Source: the human T2T-CHM13v2.0 reference genome, Homo sapiens
Strand: one strand, 5' to 3'
Assembly: GCF_009914755.1 (NCBI RefSeq)
Contig: NC_060947.1
DNA: 64,000 nucleotides
Shown: in pieces, positions 29,223 to 44,563 of the stretch
Layout of the letters: every line of letters starts with the position of its first letter
Numbering within the stretch: position 1 is the first letter of the stretch
Program-made: the position numbers and the translations under genes
Notes under the pieces: generated by a model
Database searches by the model: none
Told to the model about the DNA's origin: nothing
What the model saw: the letters and a program-made list of their open reading frames with translations, nothing else

Positions 29223-30084
29223 TCTCCCTGTGTGCATGTGTGTGTGTGTGTGCGCGCACGCATATGTGTGTGTGTTGTGCACTTTCTGGGAAGAAGGGTC
29301 TGGCTTTCATTAGATTCTCAGAGAGGCTTATCACCTTCTAAAGGCTAGGAACTGCTGATAAGCCACCCCCCTTGTTTTAAAGGCTAGAAAATCAATTCCT
29401 GAAATCTGAAATAATTTTGCAATGTCACAGACGGATACAATTTTGCAATGTCACACAGCTTGGGACAAAGCGAGGGCCCCAGGTTTCCTCACTCTATTTT
29501 ATCAGAGCACTGAGAGTGGAAACCTGAAATATTCAAGCTAGCATTCTCTCTTTTCCATGTTTTCTAATTTACCACTGCATTTATAACGTGGGAAGCTAAC
29601 CTCATATGATAGAATTACTCTCCATCCTCATATTTTTTTCCCAATCCATATAAATAAGAAAGAGTCAGTATAGGAGCTAGGATATTGAGATACGGTGAAC
29701 AAAAAGTCACTGGGGACTGTCCTATAAATTGGAAGCGTTTGCAGCTGCTGGTAGAACACGCTTTGAAAAGTCAGGAAAGACCTTTTTCACTATAAATAGC
29801 TCCACAAAGTTTTTTCATTGTCAATATGAGAGTTTTCTTTAAGGATCTTATGCAGACAATGGATAAAAATCATACTGGCAGACAATGACAATTAAGTGAA
29901 ATAATGTATATGAAACAGCAAAGGCATAATAGATTTCCATTGACTCTCCCTCTCTCTCTTTCACTAATTTCCATGGAGTTTGTCATTAATCATAAAATCT
30001 ATTTGTGATTAGCATTTTTCCTCCTTAAACCAAAATTACTTATTGAACCTGCTGAATGATGTTAAGAACATCTAAGGTTACATA

Positions 30085-30640
30085 TTTCTTTAACTGAGCC
30101 AAAATTCACCAAAAAGCTCACCAGTTTAAGGGTACGATTTGGTTATGTTCAAGACCTTTGCAAGGTTGTACAACCATCATCTCTATTCAGTTCGAAAAAT
30201 TTTCATTTGATCTTAGCCAAAAGGCCTAGAAGCGATAGATCAAAACATTTTCATCACTCCAAATGGAAATCTGTCAAGCAGTTACGCTTCATCCTGCTTC
30301 CCTGCAGCAGCCCATCCCTGCAGGGAAAGCAACTGAAAATTTGCTTTCTGTCTCTGTGGATTTCTCTATCTGTACATTTCATATAAACGAAATCATGGAG
30401 TATGTGACCTTCTGTGTCTGGCTTCTTTCACCTACAGTATAATGTTTTCAAGGCTCATCTCTGTCATTGCATACATCATTACTATTTATCCTTATAGCTG
30501 AATAATATCCCATTGTATGGATGTACCACATTTTATTTATTTATTCTCACTGGTTGATGGACATTTTGATTGTTTCCACATTGTAGATTTTGTGAATCAT
30601 GCTGCCATAAACATGCATGTGCAAGTATTTGTTGAATACT
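30085..30640 (-). mobile_element. Old L1M 3' region
   Basis: ggttgtacaaccatcatc...ttgctttctgtctctgtggatt...gctgaataatatcccattgtatggatgtaccac. Confidence 0.8.
30207..30236 (-). pseudogene. RNU2: 3'-truncated U2 snRNA retrocopy (U2 nt 1-30)
   Basis: Reverse complement ATCGCTTCTAGGCCTTTTGGCTAAGATCAA matches the U2 5' end at 29/30; 18-bp TSD agttcgaaaaattttcat / agatcaaaacattttcat. Confidence 0.9.
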
Positions 30641-30889
30641 TACTCGTTCTATTTTCAAGCCTGACTCATCTTCTGAATTCCAGAACTGTCATCCCAACAT
30701 GTTTTATATTTTTCTTTGGCCTTCCTCTGCACTTAAATATAATTCAAACTCCTTGGATATCCAATGAGTTTCTGCATTTTCGGGGCTTCTGCCCCCAAAA
30801 TGCAGCTGCTCCTTGTGCCTGTAATGTAATTGGCCGACAGGTCAACTGCTTTTCAAACTCTGGGTCTCTGCTCTTGCAGGTTCCTCTCC

Positions 30890-31190
30890 CGGAAATCATT
30901 TCAACTGGCTCTTGTCATGTTTACCTGATTCTCAGCCTTCAAAGATCAGCTCAGATATCACCTTCTTAGAGACACCTTCCTATGGGACCCACGTGGCAGG
31001 ACAGTTTCTCTTCCTGATTCCTCCATTTATTTATTTTATAACTCCCATAACATCTGTGATTTTCTACATAGATTCTTTATTTACTGTCTGCCTCTCCTCA
31101 AAAGAGTGTTAGCTTCATGAAAGCAGAGATGTGGCTTTGCACCTTGCCTGGCACATAGTATATGTTCAACAAATGTTAGTGAAATAAATA
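30890..31190. mobile_element. L2 3' fragment
   Basis: tttactgtctgcctctc...agcttcatgaaagcagag...tgcctggcacatagtatatgttcaacaaatg. Confidence 0.7.
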
Positions 31191-31714
31191 ATTCTCTTAC
31201 GGTTACTCTAACTTCAACACTTCCATGTCTAGACTCGATAGTTTCTCTCCAAAAGTCATGTAGTTAATACCAATGGGTAGAAACCAATTGAACTGATTCC
31301 TGAAGAAATAGAGCACTCGTCAATTAGCTTTGGATGCATACGCTTGGGGTTTTGAGAGATGCAGATAGAGCATCTCAACTTGGACCCTGACTCATGAGGG
31401 TGCTTCGTGCATAATTTAGGAGGTCCGAAATGATGATGAAGATGAGGAAGGAAAAAGTAAAAAAAGAACAACATAAGAAGGATTGAGAAGCTCCTATAAT
31501 TACCTAACAAGTCTGAGAAGATCAAATTTTAATATTTTTCCCAATGCAGTATGTTTTCCAATATGACAGATACACAGAGCGGACTCTGCACAGTAGAACA
31601 AATCTTTACTTTAGCAGATGTACTAATTGGATCTGTTTACATGATTCCTCCTCCTTCTTCTTCTTCCTCTTCCTCTTCCTCCTCCTCCTCTTCTTCCTCA
31701 TCCTTCTTCTTTCT

Positions 31715-32130
<416 letters not shown>

Positions 32131-33689
32131 TGATTTTTATGTCTGTTTAGCATCGCAGAGTCCTGCAAACTGCAAACAGACTAGTTCTATAAGAACAAAG
32201 TCTCCTTGTCCTCATTCAAAATATCAGATTCTATGGTAGCTTCGGGAGATGTGGGGCCTGTCGTACTCACAGTTCCCTTCCCAACTTGTCTAAAAGCACA
32301 GCATTAAAGTAACAGGGTCTTTGCATCAGAGCACTTTCCTTTTTAGGATGGAAATTCCTCTTTAGATGTAACAGCCAAGTTCATCTCTGCGCCTGAACTC
32401 AGGCTTTCAGGATACACTGTATATTTTCTTCTTTTATTCATTGTGATGCTTTTGTACCAAACAGAGTCTGTTTCATGAAAACAAATGGATAAATTAAATA
32501 ATCAATTGAGTCGTCTTATTTTCCACCAAATAAACATGTAGATCGACTCTGCAGTCGCAAATATGACCATAATACCTTCTGAGCAGTAAAGAAAGAGTGC
32601 GTGAGCTGCCCCTTTTCAAACTTTTTAACCCCCAGTCTCTGCAGTGCCAACATTTTGCAGAGACAACTTTCTTTTTACTAGGTCTTTCATTCGTGCCAGT
32701 AGCAGTGGGCTTATACTGGAAGCCCAGAGAGATCACATTTGTAATAGAACTGTTTGTGCCGAAAGAGAAATTATCCTTGTCACTTAGAGCTTGCTAGAGT
32801 AGCAGTAAAACCCCCGAGATGAATTACAGATCTAATAATGAGCTTCCTCTTCCTGTCCCAGTCTGTCTGGGGAATGGGGGGAGATGACAATGTCCGCTGT
32901 GCCTACAGACATCCCTCGCATTGATAAATCTGCTTCCCCCTGCAGCTCTTTCCAACATAGCATGTCTTTAATTTATTACCCCTTTGGCTTAGCTCAGGGA
33001 TCACTGAGTTCTGCCAGCTAGCATGATGTTAAATCCATGCCAAGTTTATGCGTCCAGTATTTCCAGGTGGCTTTCGAGAGGGGTCGTGGAGACAGGCAAG
33101 AAAACACACAAGGCAGCATTGTGCAAATTCAGTGTCAACTCCTTACATCTGCCCCACATCCCTTTCTAATTCAAGGCCACTCAGCTGATTCCCGCAGAGA
33201 CTTTCGTTCCACGGTGGCTTTCCACCGTCCAGTGGTACCTCTGTAGCTGCCCTGACTCACTGTGCCATCAAAAATCTCCTTCAATCAAACCAGCCTCTGA
33301 ATGCACTCGACAAGGTCCTGCATGTTGAAGCCTGCAATCTGCAAATCTGCACCATCTTTCTAAAGCTGCCTGCTGCTTACATTTTGAGAGGAGGATGAGG
33401 TTAATTATCGGAGGTGGAAAATAAATATCACAGAGCAGCTGGACATGGGGGAGCTTGCAGCGTCAGCAAATCATGGACACTCACCCTGCTACCCAGAGAG
33501 AAAAGGAACCCCTGGAGACTTGAGCAAAAGGTTGAGTATTTATAAGAAATGCCTGTGTGGCACTCCGGGGCACCGGTAAATATTTCAGAGGCAGGCATAT
33601 TTTCCATAACGGATGACTGTTTGGGTGGGCAGGAAGTGGAGTTGCTATGAGTAGTCAGAATAACATTCCAGGACTGTAAATGCTTAATG

Positions 33690-33750
33690 AGCGTGTGTGT
33701 GTGTGTGTGTGTGTGCGCACACAAACACACAAACACACACACACACACAC
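33690..33750. repeat. (GT)n-GC-(AC)n inverted microsatellite
   Basis: gtgtgtgtgcgcacacaaacacac... Confidence 0.9.
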
Positions 33751-33994
33751 AGAAAGCACCATCTTCCTCAAAGAGAGGAAGTCCTTCATTGTTGAAGAAA
33801 CCAAAATAAAATGACTTGTGGTTTTCCCCATGTCCTCTTGCGTTGTAAGTAAATACCTTCATAGAGACTCCATTTCTCCAAACCCTATTTATTCCCCATT
33901 CTTTGCAGAAAAATGCTGGTACATTTTTACCCCAGGAGGCACAGCCACCCCAGAGCCACACAGCAATGGATACTTAAGAATAAGGTAAGGTTGA

Positions 33995-34318
<324 letters not shown>

Positions 34319-34688
34319 TAAACGTTTTTTTATTTTTATAGATTTAGGGGATACCAGTGCAGTTTTGTTACATGGAGAGATTGCAGAGTGCTGAAGTCTG
34401 GGCTTTTACTGTAACTATCACTCAAATAGTGTACATTGTATCCACTGGGTAATTTCTCATCCCTCACCTTCCTCTCCCCTCCCTCCTTTCCCAGTCTCCA
34501 ATGTCTCTTATTCCACTGTCTATGTCCATGTCTACACAGTGTTTAGCTCCCACTTATAAGTGAGAACATGGGGTGTTTGTCTTCCTGTTTTGGAGTTGTT
34601 TCACTTAGGATAATGTCCTCCAGTTCTATCCATGTTGCTGCAAAAGTCATGATTTCATTCTTTTGGGGGGCTGTGTACTATTCCATGG

Positions 34689-37162
<2,474 letters not shown>

Positions 37163-37786
37163 CATGGTGGGTATATATACCACATTTTCTTTAACCATTC
37201 ATGTGCTGATGGACACTTAGGTTGATTCCATATCTTTGCTGTTGTGAATAGTGCTACAATAAGCATTTGAGTACAGGTATCTTTTTGATAGAATGATTTG
37301 TTTTCCTTTGGGTAGATATCCAGTAAGTGGGATTGCTGGACGAGATGGTAGTTCTGATGAGCAGACTTTCTAAACCCAATAAAACCAAGTTTTTCCCAAG
37401 AAAGCAGTCCCATTGCTACAGATGGCAGGATTCCCCCCTTCCTGTGTACATGGCCCAGTTCTGGTCTTCTTTCCAAATATCTGAGAGATGGAAAGCTTTT
37501 CTCTACCCACTCAGTGATGTCGAGAGTCAAATCCCTAGGTAAAATGAGCTGCCAGTGAATTGTGTTGATGAGCATTGTAGGAATCTGCAATGGTGCAGTG
37601 GCATTAGGAGCCTGCCAAATGGGGAATGAGAAGGTTTCTTCCCAGAAGAATTTCCAATCACCTGGGTATTGACAGGCCAGAGAATTTAGTCCCATGGATG
37701 GTTTGAGTTGCTTCATCCAAAGAAATGTTGGAGAGAAGTTCATTCTCATCTGTTGTGTAGAAGATCACTCTCCACCTCCAAGTCTC

Positions 37787-37913
37787 TGGTTGTCATTAAA
37801 GACCCATCAAGTCTGCTGTGTGCCTCAGAGCCAGATTCCAAAATGCCCTCAAGCTGTCTTCAAGCTTTCTGCCCACAGCTCTGTAGCCAATTTGGGGCAC
37901 GTGTACCGTCCAC
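37787..37913 (+). repeat. 127-bp local direct duplication, copy 1 (partner 38797-38923)
   Basis: 4 mismatches counted between the copies. Confidence 0.95.
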
Positions 37914-37997
37914 GCCCAGCAAGTGAAAATGCCAGTTAAATGGGCAGGCATCTGAATTCAATAGGCATGCATTCTCTTTCCACAGGGCAGATAAGGG

Positions 37998-38768
37998 ATG
38001 CAGTGGAATGAATGTCTATGTCCCCTTCCCAAAATTTATGTGTTTTGGAATCCCAATCTTTACTATCATGGTGCTATGATCTGAACGTCTGTGTCTTCCA
38101 AATTTCATGTGTTGAAATGTTCACCTCCAAGGTGATGGTGTTAGGAGGTGGTGCCTTTGGGAGGTAATGAGGTCATGAGGGTGGAGCCTCATGAATGGGA
38201 TGAGTGCGCTTATAAAAAGGGACCCAGAGAGCTCCCTTGCCCCTTCTACCATGTGAGGGCACAGCAAGAACATAGTGTCGTCTATGAACCAGGATGGGCA
38301 TAGTACCATGTATGAACCAGGAAGCCAGTCCTCACCAGACACCAAATCTGCCACAACTTGATCTTGGACTTCCAGCCTCCAGAACTGGAAGGAATAAATT
38401 TATGTTGTTTATAAGCAACCCATTTTAATGTGTATTCATTATAGCAGCCTGTAAGGCTAAGACAGATGGTATTTGAAGATGGGGATTTTGAAAAACAGGT
38501 CATGAGAATGGAGCCCTCATGATGGGATTAGTGCCCTTATAATTAGAGACACAAGAGAGCTCATTCCCCACCCTCTCTCTCTCACCACCATTTGCAGACA
38601 CAAGAAGGTAGCCACCTGCAAACCAAAAGGAGAGTCCTTTCCAGACCCTGGATCTGCTGGCACCCAGATCTTGGACTTCCAGCCTCCAGAACCATGAGAA
38701 ATTGAAGATCATTGCTTTAGCCACTCAGTGTATGCTGTTTTATTATAGAATCCCAAGTGGACAGAGGC
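37998..38768 (+). mobile_element. MLT1A-like LTR with a nested MSTD/MLT1A-type LTR (38072-38464)
   Basis: Inner tgctatgatctgaacg...gctaagaca with TSD catgg/gatgg; outer element resumes at 38465. Confidence 0.8.
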
Positions 38769-38796
38769 AGGGAGGAATATTATCCTGTTTCTCCAA

Positions 38797-38923
38797 TGGT
38801 TGTCATTAAAGACCCATCAAGCCTGCTGTGTGCCTCAGAGCCAGATTCCAAAATGCCCTCAAGTTGACTTCAAGTTTTCTGCCCACAGCTCTGTAGCCAA
38901 TTTGGGGCACGTGTACCGTCCAC
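38797..38923 (+). repeat. 127-bp local direct duplication, copy 2
   Basis: tggttgtcattaaagacccatcaag...gggcacgtgtaccgtccac. Confidence 0.95.
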
Positions 38924-38954
38924 ACCATTCCATGCCCTGGAAGTTGGCATGGAA

Positions 38955-39745
38955 AACAAAAATTGCATAATCTCCCTCATACGTGGAATCTAAAAAAGTC
39001 AAACTCATAGAAATAGAGAGTAGAATGGTGGGTGCCAGAGGATGGGGGCATGCAGTGTATGTTGGTCAAAGGGTACAAAGTTTCAGTTAGACAGGAAGGA
39101 TAAGTTCTGGTGATCTATTGCATAACAAGGTGAGTGTATTTGTTTGTTCTGGCATTGCTATAAAGAACTATGTGAGACTGGGTAATTTATAAAGAAAAGA
39201 GGTGTAATTGGCTCATGGTTCTGCAGGCTGTACAGGAGGCATGGCTGGGGAGGCCTCAGGAAACATACAATCATGACAGAAGATGAAGGGGAAGCAAGCA
39301 TATCTTACCATGGTGATGGAGGAGAGAAAGAAGGAGTGAGTGGGGAGATGCCACACACTTTTAAACCATCAGATCTCATGAGAACTCCCTGACTATCACA
39401 AGAGGAGCAAGAAGGAAGTCCACTCCCACGATTTAATCACCTCTCACCAGGCCCCTCCTCCAACACTGGGGATTACAATTTGACATGATATTTGGGTGGA
39501 GACACAGAGCCAAACCATATCAGTGACTGTAGTTAATAATATATCGTATATTTTTAAATTGCTCTAAAAATTGAATTTCAAATGTTCTCACCATAAAGAC
39601 ATGACAAATATGTGAAGTGATGATTATTTTAATTAGCCTGATTTGTTAATGCCACAATGTATAAATGTATAAAAATCACGTTTTAACCCATAAATACATG
39701 TAATTGTTATTTGTCAATTAAAAATAAAAATAAATTGAAAACTAA
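38955..39745 (+). mobile_element. L1MA-type 3' end with A-rich tail, split by MSTA
   Basis: ggaatctaaaaaagtcaaactcatagaa...gggtacaaagtttcagttagacagg. Confidence 0.85.
39135..39522 (-). mobile_element. MSTA solo LTR
   Basis: tgtatttgtttgttctggcattgctataaagaac...accatatca; TSD gtgag/gtgac. Confidence 0.9.
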
Positions 39746-40100
39746 AAATAGTAAAGGGAGTTCCCTCCATGAAGGATCAATGAGTACATGCCATAGATTT
39801 AATTTTGACAGCAAGAAACAAGAAGGTTGCAACAGTCCAAACATTGTGTGATAAATGGTTGCTCTTAAAAATATTTTTATAGTTTGCCTCAATAAGCTAA
39901 GACATAAGTTATAATCTATTAGGTAGGAGTATATTCATTCAGTGGCTTACTGTTATACTCATAAACAGCTTCATCCTACTTACCCAAGGTTAGTTTTCAT
40001 GAAGACTGATCATCTGAATAAATTTGGTTGCAAATACTAATTATTGAAATTAATGGATACCTACTGTGGATGTCTATTGTTCTAAGTATTCAACACATAT

Positions 40101-40940
40101 TCAAGTGGGTTTCATCAATGACTAAAGCAAGGCTCTATTAACCTATTTACAACCAAGATGGCAGCCCAGTGTGAGACTCATGATGGTGGCCCACTGTGAG
40201 ACTTCTCTCCCCAGCCTCTGGTAACCATCATTCTACACTGTATCTCCGTGAGATCCACTTTTTTGAGTTCCCACACAGGAGTGAGAATATGCACTGTCTT
40301 CCAGTGGCTGGCTTACTTCACTTAACATCATGACCTCCAGTTTCATCTATGTTTGAACAGTTTTAATCAACATGAAATTCACAAGAAAGCAAAAGAGTGG
40401 AAACAGGACTGCAGTCAATTGCCTTGATCAGAACCTGATCAAGAACTAGTCACCACTTTGGAAAACACCATCTATGGAAATCCTCCTGCTGCTATTTGAG
40501 TTGCCAACACAACACACCAGTGTTGGCAGTTCTGGTATCTATCTCAATGATTACATCTAGAGCAAACCTGTGGGTCTTTTGTTCCATCCCTACCTTATCA
40601 TTTACCTATTAAAATGCCATGGTGTTTTAAAATAAGAGTTGCTTTCCTGTTACATTTCTGTTTTACATTGCAGTTACAGCCTCAAATACATGTTGGAAAA
40701 TTATTTGTGCAGGTGTGTTCATTATCAGTGGTTTTCATTACATTTTTGTAAAAGGAATGCTATAAAACATTCACCATGAAAGAGAGTCCAAGTCTGAGAA
40801 AATGATCCTTGGAGGCATTAACCTATTTACAACCAAGATGGCGGCCCACTGTGAGACTCATGAGACTCAAAGTGGGCTGCTATCTTGGTTGTAAATAGGT
40901 TAATGGAGCCTTGCTTTAGTCATTGATGCAACTCCCTTGA
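40101..40940. repeat. 80-bp inverted repeats (40101-40180 / 40861-40940), the right one overlapping a 90-bp palindrome (40816-40905)
   Basis: catcaatgactaaagcaaggctc..attaacctatttacaaccaagat is mirrored by atcttggttgtaaataggttaat..gagccttgctttagtcattgatg. Confidence 0.93.
40204..40352 (-). mobile_element. L1MA fragment
   Basis: ccccagcctctggtaaccatcattctac...gagtgagaatatgc. Confidence 0.75.
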
Positions 40941-41117
40941 CTCTGATTTACAGGTGTATGTTGTTATTTGCAGCTTGCTGAATGGGAAGACATACAGAGG
41001 TTTAGAAAGTAGTCTGTGGATTACTACCTCTTCTTTATATAGTTATAGCTTGCCCAAGTTATATTCTGATACCATTCTTTCAATTTTCTTAGATCTTCTC
41101 TTTCGTTCTTTTTAAAA

Positions 41118-41163
<46 letters not shown>

Positions 41164-41452
41164 TTAGAGACAGGATCTTGCTCTGTTCCTCTGGCTGGAG
41201 AGCAGTTGTGCAATCATGGCTCACTACAGCCTCAAACTCCTGGGCTCAAGTCATCCTCCTGCCTCAGCCTCCCAAGTAGCTGGGACTAGAGGCACATGCC
41301 ATCACACCTAGCTAAATTTTTTAGTTTTTTTGTAGACACAGGGTTGCACTATGTTGCCCAGGCTAGCCTCAAACTCCTGGCCTCATGCAATCCTTCCACC
41401 TTAGCCTCCCAAAGTGCTAGGATTTATAGGCATGAGCCACTGTGTTCAGTCT
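41118..41452 (-). mobile_element. AluJ with an (ATT)n tail
   Basis: Antisense Alu dimer. Confidence 0.92.
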
Positions 41453-41750
41453 TAGATTTTCTTAAAGCCTGGAAATGTTTGATATCTGTGTCTTATATTG
41501 TAATGTTTCAATTTTTTTAAGTCCCTGTGTGGATTTAATCTGCAACCCCACCATAATATGTTAAATCTTCACAGTGTCCTCATAAACTGGCTGCTCCTTT
41601 CTGAATTCCACCCATTTAGTCAGCTGAAACAGAAAGTTTTGGTATATATAAAGAAAAAAAGGCAGGTTGGTCCAGGAATGACTCACAGTCTTGTTTGCTA
41701 ATTAGGTCATGATCTGAATGAGATTTGATGAGAGAGATTGCAGTCCTAAC

Positions 41751-41927
41751 CAGTGGTTCTCAATGTCGAGGGAGCATTAGAAGCTTATGGAGGGCTTGTC
41801 AAAACACAGAATGCTAGGTCCCACTCCTTCTCATTTGGTGGGTCTAGGGAAGGATTCTAGAATTTGCATTTCTAACAAATTCCCAGGTGATGAGGCTGGT
41901 CCAGGTACCACACTTTGAGAACCACTG
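41751..41927. mobile_element. MER5A (hAT-Charlie)
   Basis: TIRs cagtggttctcaa...ttgagaaccactg; aatttgcatttctaacaaattcccaggtgatg. Confidence 0.88.
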
Positions 41928-42077
41928 GGAAGACTGAAGAAAGTAACATGGGAGTTTTTCTAAGACATTTTATTTGTAGCCAATGAAGAAATCTTATAGC
42001 CTTCTCCCCTTTGAAACTTTGTGTGCAGGCAAGCAGGACCTGAAAGACTTACCCAACAACAGCTGTCTTGGACTATG

Positions 42078-42652
42078 TGTTATAGGACCACTGAGTCTGT
42101 ATGCCCACTGTGCAGTAACAAACCAATACACTGAGACAGCAGGGTTTGCAGCAGAGAAAGAGCTTAATTATTGCAGCACACTGAGTGAGAAAACACTGAC
42201 TCCACTCTCCCTGTGGAGTCCTGAGCTGTAGTTTTTAAAGGGATTGCAGAGGATAAGGGGCTGGAAAATTGGGGTCATTGACTGCTTTGGGTAAGGAGGA
42301 TGAAGTCATCAGGATATGGAAACTGCATTCTTTGGTGAGTTAGCTTCTTGTGGTGTCCTTCAGACCACCTGGCATCAGTAGTTTCATCAGTATGCAGGAC
42401 CTGAAAGAATATCTCAAAGGGAAAACTTGTTTCATAATGTTGAAGTTGTTATCTAGAAAGCAGTTAAGGGAACTCTAATCTAGGGTCTATGTGATTCTAG
42501 GACAAGAGGCACGAAACAACTATGACAAAGCAGGACAGGGAGCAAGCTGACCTCAGGATGAGTGTTGAGTGTGCTGTGAGCTTGGTTTATTTTCATTTCT
42601 CCCCTTTGTTTTTCCCCTGCTAAATTTTATGAAGTTTATAGGGATGATTTCA
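42078..42652. mobile_element. ERV1 solo LTR (MER66-like)
   Basis: TG...CA ends, 4-bp TSD tatg/catg, aatacactgagacagcagggtttgcagcagagaaagag. Confidence 0.7.
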
Positions 42653-44029
42653 CATGTGTGTTGATAGTTCAAGATGTAGCTCTGCCCTACTATGAAAAGT
42701 GCAGAAATCTTTCTCACAAAGATCATAGAATGAGTAAAAGTTTGGAAAAGTAGTTTCAAGGGAAGTTATCTTTCAAGAATAAAACTAGGTGGTCAGCAAG
42801 ACAAGACCATATAACAGGTCCATATAACCACATGTGGGCTAAGGAACATGATATATTACCTGTTCTTGGTTCTTGTATCACCAGGACATAATTTAGGGAC
42901 CAAGCTTTAGAAAACTTAGCACAAAAATTCATGGAGGGAGGAAGGGAGTAATATATTAACAAATTGGAAATAAACTGAAATTTTATCTTTCAGAGAGATG
43001 TGCAGAAATGATGGATTCCAGGGTAGAGACCAGATATGGCCAACAATTTGGGAGTGAGCGCATGAAGAGAACGCATTAGTTAATTATGAGAAAATTGCTA
43101 TTAATTGCACACAGAATGCTGAGCTAAAATGATGGTAACCTGTGTTTAAAATGTATAAAAATTAGTGTGCAGGCACTGATTTGAAGCATGCTAAATGAAA
43201 CTTTCCTTCCCTACAACTTGGCCTGAGATCCCACCTTGCTTGATTTTTGTTTCCCCCCTCCCCCGCCCCGGATTGTTCCACCAACATTCCTACAGGTTTC
43301 TTGGGAGCCCTTCCTCTCAGGGTCTACTTCTGAGGAATCAGACATAAATTACATGGATATAACAAGGCTTACAAATAAAATGAGAGAGAATCTGAGTATT
43401 TTTAAAAAATGTAATTGTATTTTTAGTTCTTTTAAAGAATGAAATTTAAAACTGATGAAAATTGGGTTTTGCTTTTTCTTTTAAGATGGATGTATTGAAT
43501 ACCCAGATTCCTGTTTTTCTCTGGGAATTTTACCCATGGGAGGCATCTAATGCTGGCCATGCACCAGCAAGAACTGCACATTTATTCTAATTTTAGTCCA
43601 GGATCTGCAGAAGCACAAGCCTTGCCATGGTGCTTCCTCAGATGATGTCAACTGAATAAACAGAAAAGTTTGACTCAACATTGCACCTTTCCACTGTACA
43701 AAGCATTTTTCACTCCACCGTGGCTCCAATAGCAGGAGAAAGAACTGATACTCAGTTCAAGAACCTTGCTCTTTCTTTTGTCCAGCCACATGGCCCATTG
43801 ATGGAGGGAGCCAGACACCCAAAGTTCTGCTTATACAGAAGGAACAGACAAAGAAGTTTTAGAGACCTAAAGAGGAGAGTCTTCATACCCATACTTCTTA
43901 GGAAATAATTAATGTTTCCCCTTTGTCTCAGCAAAGGAGATAACATTATACTTTTTTTTTAAGAAAGGAAATATTTTGGATTTAACAAAATTTAGTTTTT
44001 CATAGTTTAGCTTGATCAGTGCATATTTT

Positions 44030-44210
44030 TTAATAGACTTTATTTTCTAGAGCAGTTTTAAGTTCATAGCAAAACTGAACACGAGGTACAGAGAGTTCCC
44101 CAGACCTCCTGTCCCTATAAATGTATAGCCTTCCTCAACATCAATTTATCAACAGTGGAATATTATTCAGTGCTAAAAATAAATGAACTATTGAGCCATG
44201 AAAAGTTATG
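44030..44210. mobile_element. Old L1M fragments in opposite orientations
   Basis: agagcagttttaagttcatagcaaaactg (antisense), then gtggaatattattcagtgctaaaa (sense). Confidence 0.6.
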
Positions 44211-44269
44211 TATCTTTGTTGTACCAGTATCTATATCTATCTTGAAACATATGAAACATATCTAGAAAT

Positions 44270-44473
44270 ATGTTGAAGTTATATATATAATATTAGAATG
44301 GAATATATATTGGAATGAAATATTTTCTATATATTTATATATAAATATATAAAATATACGCATATAAATATTTACATAAATATATATTTACATATAATAT
44401 ATAAATTTATATAAATATCATATATAACCTATATTTATATATTTTGTATATTTACTTACTAAATATGAATATC

Positions 44474-44504
<31 letters not shown>

Positions 44505-44512
44505 ACCTATAT
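44270..44512. repeat. AT-rich/(TA)n tract
   Basis: Visible in sequence. Confidence 0.9.
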
Positions 44513-44563
44513 TTGCCTAATGGAATACATGAATATAGGTTTAAAAAGTTTGTTATGAGTATC

